NCBI GenBank assembly: GCA_033763455.1
Contig: JANRKO010000028.1
Span: forward strand, 32,001-96,000
Source of the DNA: Polyangiaceae bacterium
GTDB taxonomy: Bacteria > Myxococcota_A > Polyangia > Polyangiales > Polyangiaceae
Length of the DNA: 64,000 nt
Reading direction: 5' to 3'
Program-made: the position numbers and the translations under genes
Shown here: in pieces, positions 8,407 through 19,210 of the stretch
Layout of the letters: each line of letters starts with the position of its first letter
How positions within the stretch are numbered: position 1 is the first letter of the stretch
The notes under the pieces: model-generated
Seen by the model: only the letters and a program-made list of their open reading frames with translations
Database searches by the model: none
Told to the model about the DNA's origin: nothing

Positions 8407-11400
8407 TCACGCATCGTTGAGCCATTGGCTCGGGGGCGCCGAACGTGGGCCGGCCAAAGCCGCAAGCGAGTTCATCACGTATTCCGAGCGACGCATGCCA
8501 ACGAGCACCGAACACACGCCCGGCTGGCTCAGGAGTGTGGCTATGGCGAGCTGGCCCAGGTCGAGTGATTGAGCCATGCTGCCAAAACGCGGCTCCAGCT
8601 TTTTACGAATGTCTGCTGTGATTTCGTTACTGCGAGCATTGCAAAGCTGTTCCAATGCGCCCAGCGCCTGGCCCAAGCGCGCTCGGTAGCGGGGGAACCA
8701 TACCGCGAAGCGCTGGTGCGCCTCACCTTGTAGCACTTTGGTGAGGGAGAGCTTTAGCTGCCCGACATGCGGCTCAATGACCGTACGACGAAGGTCGAGA
8801 AACTGGTGCCGTGTGGCGAGACGCCCATGGGCCTCTTTCAGCCCAACTGCCCAGTTGAAGAGATGTTTGGGCATCTTGCCGTCTGGATTGGTAAGCCCTG
8901 GGGCAATGCGGTCGGTGAATTCGAGCTCAAGTGCGCGTAGCTGCTCCAAGGCTTCGGTGAAGCTTGGCGAGCCCTCGGGGGCGCGTGGGATGTCCGCAAT
9001 GCGAAGCAGGCCGAATTCTGTAATGGCGTTGAGAGGGCGGTTGGTGAGTACGGCGAGCCCGAGTTGCCGTGCTTTATCGATTACGCTTGACCCGTTGTGA
9101 ACATCTCGAGTGGCTGCCTCGTGTTCCACAACGTTAAACGGGAACTCCATGACTCGAAAATGGTGGCTCGCTCCTCCCGCCGCAACGGCTGCCTTGTAGA
9201 ATTTCTCGACATCTGTGGCTTCTGCGTCGGTGCGTGGGCGCGCTACTGTATTGCTTGAAACGCCATAAAAACGCAGCCTTCCCCGCGAAACCTCTCGCTC
9301 CAGCTGGGCGAAAGCCGCCTCTATGCGGCGATAGAATTCGCTCTGCGCCGAGAGCAGCGCGAGCCCAGAGCGCTTCGCTTGGGAGAGATAATATTCCGGA
9401 TTGTGGAGGAGATACCCATCGAGTGTGGATAGACCTAAACGCGTGAGAGAGGCGGTGAGTTGCTCCTCAATCCACGTCGGATGAATTGAATGCCAGAGGT
9501 CATCCGCATGTTCGACCATTTCGGGAAAACTCGCCCCCGCTTGCCGGCGCGCTTTGACGATCTCCAGGGCTTCGCCCTGGGCGTACCCAACTTTGGACAC
9601 TACGATGATCTCTTCGCGTTTGAGCTCGTGGGTATCCACCAATTGATGCAGCACATCGCCTACCAGGCGTTCGCTCGAGCCCTCGGTGTAAGTAGATGAT
9701 GTGTCGATCAAATTCACCCCACTTTTAAGCGCAAGCGTGAGCGCTTCTCGCTCGGATTCGTCGCTGTGGCGTACTCGGTAGCCCCCAAAGCCGAGACGGC
9801 AAGCGCTGAGCCCGGCAAGCTGCTCGTAGGCACCGGGGCCGAAAGAAGCAGTGAAGAGCTCCGCGTAGATTCTGGTTTGCTCCGGTGTTGCGAAGCCTTG
9901 AAGAGGCACGCGTAGGGGCTTTTCGCGGGTGGGTGCTCCAACTCCGCGCGAAAGTGCGGCAGCCACCTCTTTTGGATTCACAAGCGGGGATTGGCAGGTG
10001 AAATTTTGGCAGACATAGAGCGCCGGCTGTTCGGCACGTGCGCCCTTGGGCTCAGGGCCAGCAACCGGCTTCTTGCCGCGGAGAAGCGGCGTAGTGAGCG
10101 AACTTCCCTGAAGCTGCCAGCCGATCACACGGTTTGGTAAGTAGAGCTTGGCGAGTTCGCGTAGGAAGGGCTCAGCAGAAGTGCGATCTTCGGCGGCTAA
10201 CACTAGCTGTGCGCTTGGCGTAAAGTGGCGTTCGAGCGCAGAGAGGGACGAGGCAAATGCGCGAGGAGAACGCTCGATGCTTTGCCCATACGCTAGGAGT
10301 GCCTGTTTTGCCGCCTCCGAAAAATCTTCTCGATCGAGGTGTTCCCCCAGCCGGCCGAGAGCCAAGGCTGCTGTGGCATTGGCATTGGGTAGCGCAGAAT
10401 CATGCCCTTCGCGCAATCGCACCACGAGCGGAACTTCGCCGTGTGCTGTGTGAAAAAATGCCCCTCCGGTATCATCTCCAAAATCACTGACCAGGCGATC
10501 CAAGAGCGCTGTTGCCCAACGCAAGTGCTCTTCGTTTCCGGACGCCTCGTATAAAGTGATCAACGCATCCCCGAGGAAGGCGTAATCTTCCAAGTAGGCG
10601 TGGAGGTGCGCGCGCCCCAACCGGTACGTGCGAAAAAGGCCGCCGTCGGGGCGACGCAGACTCTTGAACAAGAAGCTTTGAGCTCGCTCCGCTGAGTCCA
10701 AATAACGTGCGTCCCCTAGAACGCGATAACCCTCTGCCATGGCGCTTATCATGAGCGCATTCCACGAAACGAGGATCTTGTCGTCGAGAAGCGGCGGTAT
10801 TCGTTGTTGCCGCGCGGCATACACGCGCTCTCGTGCGGTTTTCAGTAGTTGACTAAATTCGCTATCTTCAAGGCCCAAGGCTTCTGCCACCGCGGCCCGC
10901 GGGCGGGGTGTGTGAAGGATGTTTTTCCCCTCCCAGTTCCCTTCTGGCCTCACCGCATAATATTCACAGAAAACTCGCGCTTCCTCAGTAGTGAGCAGGG
11001 CCTTGAGCTCAGCCTCGGCCCATACGAAGTACTTTCCCTCTTCGCCTTCACTGTCAGCATCGGTTGCCGAAAAATAACCCCCTTCAGCGCCTTGCATTTC
11101 GGCAAGCACATAATCCAGCGTCTCCTGGGCAATTCGCGCAAATTCGGGATTCTGAGTTGCCTGAAAGGCTTCAAGATACACGCGCGCAAGGAGCGCGTTG
11201 TCGTACAGCATCTTTTCGAAGTGGGGTAAAAACCAGCGTTCGTCCGTGGAGTAACGTGCAAAACCACCCGCCAGGTGGTCATACATGCCGCCACGGCTCA
11301 TGGCTTCGAGGGTGGCTTCCACCATATGGAGAGCCTTTGGATTCTGCGTGCGGTAGTGTTCCTGCAGCAGGAACGAAAGCAAAGAAGAAGGAGGAAATTT

Positions 11401-12021
11401 GGGCGCCGTGCCAAAGCCGCCCCAGGTTTCATCGAAGCTGGCCTCAAGCTGTTGTACGGCGCGATCAAACGAGGCTCGTTCGATCGGCAACGGCCGAGCA
11501 ACGGCCGCCGCTTTCTGCAGATGCTGGGTGAGCTCCTCAGCGTTAGATATGAGCTTTGGGCGGTCGCTCTGCCAAAGCTCGGCGATGCGGGAAAGCAGCG
11601 TCTTGAAGCCAGGCCTACCCCACTTATCTTCCTTGGGAAAATAGGTTCCCGCGAAGAACGGACGCTGATCCGGCGTGAGGAAAACCGTCATCGGCCAGCC
11701 GCCACTGCCGTTGAGGGCGAGCGTGGCCGCCATGTAGAGCTCATCGATGTCTGGGCGTTCTTCGCGATCTACCTTGATACAGACGAAGTGTTCGTTCATC
11801 AGGTTCGCTACCTCCCCATCCTCGAAACACTCATGCTCCATGACGTGGCACCAGTGGCAAGCTGCGTAACCGATACTGAGCAACAGCGGGCGATCCTCGC
11901 TCCTGGCTCTGGCCAGGGCTTCTTCGCTCCAAGGGAACCAATCCACCGGGTTGTGCTGATGCTGTAGGAGGTAGGGGCTGGTCTCGCGTGCCAAGCGGTT
12001 CATAGCTTTGGTGTCCGTCAC
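8407..12021 (-). CDS. YyaL/DUF255 thioredoxin-domain protein fused to a C-terminal aldo/keto reductase
   Basis: [32 protein letters not shown]; then [33 protein letters not shown]. Confidence 0.9.
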   Translation of the reverse strand: MTDTKAMNRLARETSPYLLQHQHNPVDWFPWSEEALARARSEDRPLLLSIGYAACHWCHVMEHECFEDGEVANLMNEHFVCIKVDREERPDIDELYMAATLALNGSGGWPMTVFLTPDQRPFFAGTYFPKEDKWGRPGFKTLLSRIAELWQSDRPKLISNAEELTQHLQKAAAVARPLPIERASFDRAVQQLEASFDETWGGFGTAPKFPPSSLLSFLLQEHYRTQNPKALHMVEATLEAMSRGGMYDHLAGGFARYSTDERWFLPHFEKMLYDNALLARVYLEAFQATQNPEFARIAQETLDYVLAEMQGAEGGYFSATDADSEGEEGKYFVWAEAELKALLTTEEARVFCEYYAVRPEGNWEGKNILHTPRPRAAVAEALGLEDSEFSQLLKTARERVYAARQQRIPPLLDDKILVSWNALMISAMAEGYRVLGDARYLDSAERAQSFLFKSLRRPDGGLFRTYRLGRAHLHAYLEDYAFLGDALITLYEASGNEEHLRWATALLDRLVSDFGDDTGGAFFHTAHGEVPLVVRLREGHDSALPNANATAALALGRLGEHLDREDFSEAAKQALLAYGQSIERSPRAFASSLSALERHFTPSAQLVLAAEDRTSAEPFLRELAKLYLPNRVIGWQLQGSSLTTPLLRGKKPVAGPEPKGARAEQPALYVCQNFTCQSPLVNPKEVAAALSRGVGAPTREKPLRVPLQGFATPEQTRIYAELFTASFGPGAYEQLAGLSACRLGFGGYRVRHSDESEREALTLALKSGVNLIDTSSTYTEGSSERLVGDVLHQLVDTHELKREEIIVVSKVGYAQGEALEIVKARRQAGASFPEMVEHADDLWHSIHPTWIEEQLTASLTRLGLSTLDGYLLHNPEYYLSQAKRSGLALLSAQSEFYRRIEAAFAQLEREVSRGRLRFYGVSSNTVARPRTDAEATDVEKFYKAAVAAGGASHHFRVMEFPFNVVEHEAATRDVHNGSSVIDKARQLGLAVLTNRPLNAITEFGLLRIADIPRAPEGSPSFTEALEQLRALELEFTDRIAPGLTNPDGKMPKHLFNWAVGLKEAHGRLATRHQFLDLRRTVIEPHVGQLKLSLTKVLQGEAHQRFAVWFPRYRARLGQALGALEQLCNARSNEITADIRKKLEPRFGSMAQSLDLGQLAIATLLSQPGVCSVLVGMRRSEYVMNSLAALAGPRSAPPSQWLNDA

Positions 12022-12248
12022 TTAACCTACGTAAGCCCACACGCTCACCGATGCAAGATGGAGTGTGCAGCTCACCGTAATAGGAAGTCAGAGTGTGCTT
12101 AGCGAGTAGATCCACTCAGTAAACTTGCGTGGGCGCGGCATATTTTTGGCGTTTGTTGTACCGCAAAACCTATTCTTAGAAGGACGCCCGGCCGCTCATT
12201 CTTCACGGCTGCTCGCTGTATGCGGCTTGGTGTGTCCAAAGGAATCAG

Positions 12249-15200
12249 ATGTCGATGAAACGTGGCCTAGTCTCCGGGTTGTGTGCGATCTCATTGGCCG
12301 CCATTTTGGTTGCAGCGTGTAGTTCTGGTGGCGGAGCAGGTGAGGCCACCGGACCGTTGGACGCGAACGGTGCAGGTGGAAGCGGCGCGAGCGAGCCGAG
12401 CAATCCGAATGGCAGCGGGCTTGTGCCGGGGTTTGACTTTGGCAATGGCACCCAAGGTGGGCAAGGTGGCGTTGGCAATGGCAATGGCAATGGTGGCGCC
12501 GCAGGCGTGACGAGTATTTGTGGAGATTCCGTGATCGAAACGGATGAAGCTTGCGACGACGGCAATGCCCGTCCCGGAGACGGCTGCTCATCGGTGTGCA
12601 CGGTGGAGCCTTTCTTTAATTGCCCAGGAGCTGGTCAGGCGTGCGTATCAACAATTGTCTGCGGCAACGGCACGCTCGAAGGAAGTGAAGGCTGTGACGA
12701 CGGCCAGAGCCCACCCATGAGCGGAGACGGCTGCGCGAATTCATGCCAAGTGGAATTCGGCTTTGCGTGCGGTACTCCGGGGCAACCGTGCGTTGCGGTG
12801 GACACCGCAGTGTGCGGTGACGGGCTCATCAATATCGGAGAAACCTGCGATGATGCGCAGAATCCTCCCGTGAACGGTGACGGCTGTTCTAGCACCTGCA
12901 CTATCGAACCAGGCTATTCCTGCCCCACCCCCGGAGCGGCGTGTTCGGTGGTGGCTTTTTGCGGCAACGGCGCCACGTCTAGCGGTGAAGAGTGCGACGA
13001 TTCGAACACTTCGCCGGGTGATGGTTGCGATGGCACCTGCCACAAGGAGTCATTCTTTGACTGCCCCGCGCAAGGCGGAGCTTGTTCCTCGCAGATTGTG
13101 TGCGGTGACTTGCGCGTTGTCGGGGACGAAGAGTGCGACGACGGGATGGTGGGCAATGTTGCCGTGGGCGCTGACGGTTGTTCGGCGCTGTGCAAAATTG
13201 AGGCGAATTTCAGCTGCCCGGCGGATCTCGGAGTAGGCGGCCCCTGCACGGCGATTCCAGCGGACGCTTGTGGGGACGGAAAACTTTCGTTTGGTGAATT
13301 CTGCGATGACGGGAACCTGAACCCTGCTGACGGTTGCACCGAAAAGTGCGAGGTTACGCCCGGCTACAATTGCCCCACGGCCAACGCCGCGTGTTCACTG
13401 CTTGAATATTGTGGGGACGGAAAAGTTAGCCCTGCGCTAGGTGAACAATGCGACGACGGGCAGGCCATGCCAAGCAATAGTGACGGTTGCTCCAGCACCT
13501 GCCAGGCAGAAGCAGGATTTATTTGCGCCGTTGCCGGCCAGGCGTGTGTCGCTGAGGTTTGCGGTGATGGAATTCGCACCGCGGGCGAAGAGTGCGACGA
13601 TCACAACTCCTCTAATAGCGATGGTTGCAGCTCTGCTTGCGATCTGGAAGCAGGCTTCACCTGCCCTTTGCCGAATGCGAGCTGCTTGCCCCGCTGTGGA
13701 GATGGTCAGCTTAAAGGCTACGAAACGTGCGAGGATGGCAACACCACAAGTGGCGATGGTTGCAGCGCAGCGTGCTTGGTTGAGCCGGGGTATTTCTGCC
13801 CAACGTTGAACGCTAGCTGCACCATGGCCACCTGCGGCAATGGAGTGAAGGAGGGTGATGAGCCCTGCGACGACGGAAATCAGGTAAGCGGGGATGGCTG
13901 CACCCCGGCGTGCATTCCAGAGCCCACTTTCACGAACGGTGTAGCGAATACCGTCTGTGGCGATGGCGCCAAAGTCAGCAGTGAAGCGTGCGATGACGGC
14001 AACCTTGTGAGCGGGGACGGATGTAGCTCAACGTGCACGCTAGAGGCGGGATTCAGCTGCGTTCTGGTCAAGGACGATCCAGCGTCGGTGACACTTCCGA
14101 TCACCCTTCGGGATTTCTTGGACTACCAAACAGTGGATGGGCACCCTGATTTCGAACAATTCAATGGCACGGACAAGCAAATTCCAGGGGAGGTTTGCAC
14201 CACTGCCAATGCAAATACGTGCGCACAACTGAATGCGCAGGGAGTGCCGGTGCTGAACAGCAGCGAAGCTGATCCGACGATCACTAACGCGGCCAGCTAC
14301 GCCAAGTGGTACACAGACGTGGCTTCAGGGGCAGGCAAGAACGTCAAGATCGTCGACACGATTGCGCTCACCAGGCTCAGCGCTGGCACGTACGAGTACA
14401 ACAACAGCAGCTTCTTCCCCTTGGATGGCAAGGCACTCGGCAATCAAGGCCGAGCGCACAACTTCCACTTCACCTCGGTGGTGCGCCATTACTTTCAGTA
14501 CCAGGGCGGCGAGAAGCTCACATTCGCGGGCGACGACGACGTCTGGGTGTTCGTGAATGGCCGCCTTGCGCTCGATTTGGGCGGAGTGCACGGGGTGCAG
14601 AGCGGTAACTTCACGCTAGGCGACGAGAACGCGAACAATACGTACAGTGTTACCGAAATGGCGGACACCACGGACGACCGCTTCGCTATTACCAAAGGTG
14701 CACTCTATCAGATTACCCTGTTTCACGCGGAGCGCCACACTACCCAGTCGAACTTCAGGTTAACTCTAGCGAACTTCATTCTTGGGCGCTCCGTCTGTAC
14801 ACCCCAATGTGGCGATGGCATCATCGTGCGCGGCGAGGTTTGCGACGATGGCGCCAACAACACCAACAATACCTACGGCGTTTGCGATACCACCTGCTCT
14901 GCAAAACAATTTTGCGGCGACGGACAGGTGAACGGCAGCGAGCAGTGCGATAACGGCCTCAACCTCACTACCTATAGCTTGACACCGAATGCGTGTGCCC
15001 CAGGCTGTGTGTATGCGCCCTATTGCGGCGATGGGCAGCTCGCTTTGGGCGTCGAGAAGTGTGACGACGGAATGAGCAACGCTAACAACGTCTACGGCGT
15101 TTGCAATACTACGTGCCAGGCGAAGCAATTCTGTGGCGACGGCATCGTTACGGGCAGTGAGTCTTGCGATCAGGGGCAATTGAATGGCACCTCGCTGAGC

Positions 15201-16070
15201 ACGTGCCAGAATGATTGCAAGCCGAAGTGTGGCAACGGGGTTCTCGACGCGGGTGAACAGTGCGACGATGGCACTCTGAACAACACCGGTGGATACGGCA
15301 AGTGTAAGTCGACGTGCGTTCTAGATACCCGCTGCGGCGACGGCATTCCGCAAAATGCAAGCGGCGAACAGTGCGACGATGGCAAAAACGACGGCACCTA
15401 TGGCACCTGCGCTCCGCTGTGTGTATTGGGTCCCCGCTGCGGTGACGGCACCATCCAGCCGACCGCAGGGGAGACATGCGATTTAGGTGTTGCGAACAAC
15501 ACCCAAGCGTATGGCCCGCAACTGTGCACCACGCAGTGCAAAGCGGCTCCATTCTGCGGTGACAAGCAGGTGAATGGGGACCACGGCGAAGGCTGTGACG
15601 ATGGCGTGAACAGTGGCCTCCCTGGCTCTTGCAAAACAGACTGCAGTGGTTGGGTGCAACTCGCCGGCTGCGGCGATGGTGTGAAGGCTGCGAACGAAGC
15701 GTGTGATGCAGGGGCTGCCAACGGCACGGCCCAGAGCATGTGCGATGGGCGTTGTCGCATCAAGTGTGGCAACGGAGTTGTCGACACCGGCGAAGAGTGC
15801 GACGACGGCAAGAACACTGGCGCGTATGGAACCTGCAAGAGTGACTGCAAATTGGCTCCCTATTGCGGCGACAACCACGCCGATACTCCGCCCGAACAGT
15901 GCGACCTGGGCGACATGAACCAAGCTAGCCCATATGGCCCCAACAAGTGCACACTTGCCTGCAAAGCAGCTCCATTTTGCGGCGACGGGCGCATTCAATC
16001 GCCCACCGAGCAGTGCGACAACATGGTTGGCTGCGACAATGCCACCTGCACGTGGAAGGTCGTCAAGTAG
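12249..16070 (+). CDS. Fibro-slime (PA14-like) lipoprotein with DUF4215/Myxococcus Cys-rich repeats
   Basis: Lipobox LVAAC; about 23 CG[DN]x..E.CDDG repeats (11 before and 12 after) around the core HNFHFT...GDDDVWVFVNGRLALDLGGVH...FHAERH. Confidence 0.93.
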   Translation: MSMKRGLVSGLCAISLAAILVAACSSGGGAGEATGPLDANGAGGSGASEPSNPNGSGLVPGFDFGNGTQGGQGGVGNGNGNGGAAGVTSICGDSVIETDEACDDGNARPGDGCSSVCTVEPFFNCPGAGQACVSTIVCGNGTLEGSEGCDDGQSPPMSGDGCANSCQVEFGFACGTPGQPCVAVDTAVCGDGLINIGETCDDAQNPPVNGDGCSSTCTIEPGYSCPTPGAACSVVAFCGNGATSSGEECDDSNTSPGDGCDGTCHKESFFDCPAQGGACSSQIVCGDLRVVGDEECDDGMVGNVAVGADGCSALCKIEANFSCPADLGVGGPCTAIPADACGDGKLSFGEFCDDGNLNPADGCTEKCEVTPGYNCPTANAACSLLEYCGDGKVSPALGEQCDDGQAMPSNSDGCSSTCQAEAGFICAVAGQACVAEVCGDGIRTAGEECDDHNSSNSDGCSSACDLEAGFTCPLPNASCLPRCGDGQLKGYETCEDGNTTSGDGCSAACLVEPGYFCPTLNASCTMATCGNGVKEGDEPCDDGNQVSGDGCTPACIPEPTFTNGVANTVCGDGAKVSSEACDDGNLVSGDGCSSTCTLEAGFSCVLVKDDPASVTLPITLRDFLDYQTVDGHPDFEQFNGTDKQIPGEVCTTANANTCAQLNAQGVPVLNSSEADPTITNAASYAKWYTDVASGAGKNVKIVDTIALTRLSAGTYEYNNSSFFPLDGKALGNQGRAHNFHFTSVVRHYFQYQGGEKLTFAGDDDVWVFVNGRLALDLGGVHGVQSGNFTLGDENANNTYSVTEMADTTDDRFAITKGALYQITLFHAERHTTQSNFRLTLANFILGRSVCTPQCGDGIIVRGEVCDDGANNTNNTYGVCDTTCSAKQFCGDGQVNGSEQCDNGLNLTTYSLTPNACAPGCVYAPYCGDGQLALGVEKCDDGMSNANNVYGVCNTTCQAKQFCGDGIVTGSESCDQGQLNGTSLSTCQNDCKPKCGNGVLDAGEQCDDGTLNNTGGYGKCKSTCVLDTRCGDGIPQNASGEQCDDGKNDGTYGTCAPLCVLGPRCGDGTIQPTAGETCDLGVANNTQAYGPQLCTTQCKAAPFCGDKQVNGDHGEGCDDGVNSGLPGSCKTDCSGWVQLAGCGDGVKAANEACDAGAANGTAQSMCDGRCRIKCGNGVVDTGEECDDGKNTGAYGTCKSDCKLAPYCGDNHADTPPEQCDLGDMNQASPYGPNKCTLACKAAPFCGDGRIQSPTEQCDNMVGCDNATCTWKVVK

Positions 16071-16126
16071 GCCACGGCACGCTCGAGCGAATGAGTTGCT
16101 CTAGGCGTCAGCGCCCAACTATCAAG

Positions 16127-17386
16127 CTAGCGGCCAACGACCAACACATGTTCACGTCGCGGACGAGTCTGGAATGCACGGCCCGAAGGCCCGTGAAAAT
16201 TCGGCCGTGCTTGCGATGCCTGGGCCAGCAATCGAAGGCTGACCTGGGGAGCCAGGCTTGCGACGAGATCGTCCGCAAACACCGCATCGGGGCCGAGCGC
16301 ACTATCGGCGATAATAAGTGCCGCAAGCCCGCGCGGTTTCAGTACGCGACGCATTTGAGTCAGCACTCGAATCAGATCGCGCGTCCAGGCTAGACGCGCC
16401 TTTTCCGGAGGGAGCTGGCTCAGGTGTCGACGAGCGCCTATCTCTTGATCATCGAAGCTGTTTTTCAGGCCCAGCCAACGCAAGCGTAGCTCGTGGTGCG
16501 CCTGGTAATCGTAGACTCCGGCGTAAGGGGGAGAGGTAACGATGAGATCTGCCCACTCATTCTCCACGGGCTCCAGCGTTCGAGCGTCGCCCACATTGCC
16601 ACGGGCAGGAGGCGCTTTTGGCGGCAAGAGTTCTCGATAGGCGGAGAGGCGCTGGCACAGCTCCTCCACCTTCTGGTGAAAGAATCGAATGGTAAAACCC
16701 GTCGCGAGGCGGCGGCCAGTAGCCACACGGGTAACGCTGTCTTGGGGGCTTCGACTCACTTTGCCGAGAACGGCAGACAGCACGAGCAAGAGTGCTCGGC
16801 GGCAATCGGCATCCCGAACTTGAGAGATGCCGAGCTTTAGACCATCGAGCTCAAACAAGACGTGGATGTCGAAATCTTTGCGTTCATGCGGCGAATAAAG
16901 TCGCGTGGGGCCCGCCTTCGACTCGCGCCGCTGCTCGGCAAGCATGGCCACGCTTTGCCCAGCATGCATCAGTCGATCGAGGAACGCGTCGGTTGGGCCG
17001 AGTGTTTTTAACCAGCTGAGCTCCAGCGCGAGGGGGTTGGCATCTACGCCGAAGCAATAGTGCCCGAGCAAACGACCCTCGGCGAGGACCGTGCCGCTGC
17101 CGCAAAAAGGATCCAGAAGGTTCCCTGCTTTGTGAGGCATGAGCCCTGAGATCAAGCGTGAGGCTGTAACCGGGTGAAGGCGCGCGGTATAAGTGTGAAA
17201 CCCGTGAACGTGGACCATGCTGGCCTTTTCATCAGGCACCACGTTGAGGGCACTCTTGAGCACGGAGCAGATCTGAGCCTCACCGTGGGCGACAACGGCA
17301 CCACCGATGTTGCTGAGCGCCTTGCGAGGCTCCTTTTCCTCGGGCGGAGGCGGAGCGATGGGGGCCACAGGTTTTTTCTTACTCAT
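16127..17386 (-). CDS. Orphan amino-(N4C/N6A) DNA methyltransferase-like protein
   Basis: DPFCGSGT SAM motif before the TSPPY catalytic motif; no adjacent restriction enzyme. Confidence 0.8.
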   Translation of the reverse strand: MSKKKPVAPIAPPPPEEKEPRKALSNIGGAVVAHGEAQICSVLKSALNVVPDEKASMVHVHGFHTYTARLHPVTASRLISGLMPHKAGNLLDPFCGSGTVLAEGRLLGHYCFGVDANPLALELSWLKTLGPTDAFLDRLMHAGQSVAMLAEQRRESKAGPTRLYSPHERKDFDIHVLFELDGLKLGISQVRDADCRRALLLVLSAVLGKVSRSPQDSVTRVATGRRLATGFTIRFFHQKVEELCQRLSAYRELLPPKAPPARGNVGDARTLEPVENEWADLIVTSPPYAGVYDYQAHHELRLRWLGLKNSFDDQEIGARRHLSQLPPEKARLAWTRDLIRVLTQMRRVLKPRGLAALIIADSALGPDAVFADDLVASLAPQVSLRLLAQASQARPNFHGPSGRAFQTRPRREHVLVVGR

Positions 17387-17654
17387 GTGGAAAAGGATCT
17401 GCTTTTTGGGTGACTTCTAGCGCTGCGGCTTCAAATACGGCTCCTCGGGGCCGGAACGGCAACGGGGCGCTCTGCGATGACTTTGCCACCCGTAGCACGC
17501 TCTCCTACGGCTGAGGAGCGGCCAAAACCCCGGAGTACTCCTGGATCGTGCCCACCTGCGCCCAATTGAGACATTCGTTGAGGCGGGGGCCGCCGTGAGG
17601 GCGCCACCCGCGGAGCTGGCCCGAAGCTCACGCATCACTATACTCCGCGCACTC

Positions 17655-19202
17655 ATGCTCTCCTCATCAACCCGGCAGCTCATCCGACAGCGTTTGGATG
17701 CGGAGCAGGGTCGGATCGAAAAGGATGCGCCCGCGCGCATCGCGCTCGTTTACCCGTCTCCCTATCACGTGGGAATGAGTTCGCTCGGGTATCAGCAAAT
17801 CTACGCAGTGATTCAGGCTCTTCCCGGCATCTCTTGCGAGCGCGTATTTTTGCCAGACGGTGGGGATGAACCAGGTCAAGAAATTGAAGCGCCGGTAAGC
17901 TATGAAGGCTTAAGGCCACTTGGCGAGTTCTCAGTCATTGCCGTAAGTGTGGCCTATGAGCTCGAGCTTGCTGGGCTCTGTAAGTTATTGGATAAATCTA
18001 CCTCTTCTCCGCTCAGGGAAGCACGCCTTGATACAGAGCCACTCGTTATCGGAGGGGGGCCGCTCACGTTTTCTAATCCGATCCCACTCGGAGCATTTGC
18101 CGACGCCATTGTGATGGGGGAAGCCGAAGAAATCATCGGGCCCGTGTTGGCAGTCGCAACGAGCTTCATCAGCAAATCCGAGAAGCTACAGGCGCTCAGC
18201 CAGCTGCCGCACGTTTTTGTGCCTAGCATTCACGGTGAGGTGCTGCCAGCGATGGGTCGCGTGGATGATAGCCAGCTACCGGCGAGGAGCACGATCCTAA
18301 CTCCGCATACTGAGCTTTCGAACATGTTCTTAATTGAGGCTGAACGTGGCTGTTCGCGGGGCTGCATGTATTGCGTCATGCGGCGCTCCACAAACGGAGG
18401 TATGCGAATTGTGGAGCCATCCGTGCTGTTCGACGCGGTTCCGGCTTACGCCAAGAAGGTGGGCCTGGTGGGTGCGGCGGTGAGCGATCACCCAAAGATC
18501 GTCGAAATTGTGCGGGAATTTTCAGGGCGGGGTCTCCAGGTGGGCCTCAGCAGTTTAAGGCCAGATAGGCTCAAGGAGCCGTTCGTGGAGGCGCTTAGCC
18601 AAAGTGGGTACAAGACGCTCACCACCGCGCTTGATGGCCCGAGCCAGCGCCTGCGCGACGGAATTGAACGGCGCGGCCGCAGTGAACACTACGTGGCAGC
18701 AGCTGAGCACGCGCGAAAATTCGGTATGGAGCGGCTAAAACTTTACCTCATGATCGGGTTGCCCGGTGAGCGCGATGAAGATATCGACGAATGCGCGGGC
18801 TTTGTTGCGGGCCTCTCCAAAGTAATTCCGGTTTCGCTTGGCGTCGCCCCGTTTTGCTCAAAGCGCAACACTCCGCTCGACCAAATGCCGTTCGCGGGCG
18901 TTCGTATTGTGCAGCAGCGCATGGCCCGCTTGCGTGCTGGCCTGCGCGGTCGTGCGGAAGTGCGGGCCACTTCCGCGCGCTGGGCCTGGGTTGAGTATGT
19001 TCTGGCTCAAGGTGGGGAGCGCGAGGGCCGAGCGTTGTGGGAAGCTGTCCAAGCAGGCGGTGGCTTTTCGCAGTACCGGCGAGCCTTTGAAGCTTTGGGT
19101 TTCGCCCCAGATGGCGAAGGATACGGCGCAGCTGCCATGCCCACTTCACCGGAACGCCTCAAGATGGCGAACCGCCGGCTTCGCACAGTACCCGCCAACT
19201 AG
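17655..19202 (+). CDS. Radical SAM protein (B12-binding-like N-terminus)
   Basis: YPSPYHVGMSSLG N-terminal motif, CxxxCxxC (GCSRGCMYC), KLYLMIGLPGE. Confidence 0.9.
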   Translation: MLSSSTRQLIRQRLDAEQGRIEKDAPARIALVYPSPYHVGMSSLGYQQIYAVIQALPGISCERVFLPDGGDEPGQEIEAPVSYEGLRPLGEFSVIAVSVAYELELAGLCKLLDKSTSSPLREARLDTEPLVIGGGPLTFSNPIPLGAFADAIVMGEAEEIIGPVLAVATSFISKSEKLQALSQLPHVFVPSIHGEVLPAMGRVDDSQLPARSTILTPHTELSNMFLIEAERGCSRGCMYCVMRRSTNGGMRIVEPSVLFDAVPAYAKKVGLVGAAVSDHPKIVEIVREFSGRGLQVGLSSLRPDRLKEPFVEALSQSGYKTLTTALDGPSQRLRDGIERRGRSEHYVAAAEHARKFGMERLKLYLMIGLPGERDEDIDECAGFVAGLSKVIPVSLGVAPFCSKRNTPLDQMPFAGVRIVQQRMARLRAGLRGRAEVRATSARWAWVEYVLAQGGEREGRALWEAVQAGGGFSQYRRAFEALGFAPDGEGYGAAAMPTSPERLKMANRRLRTVPAN

Positions 19203-19210
19203 CGGGGCGC

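Noticed and set aside
16127..19202. DNA methylase plus radical SAM as a DNA-modification defence system
   Set aside because: The genes are divergent, there is no nuclease or other partner, and both look like ordinary stand-alone families.
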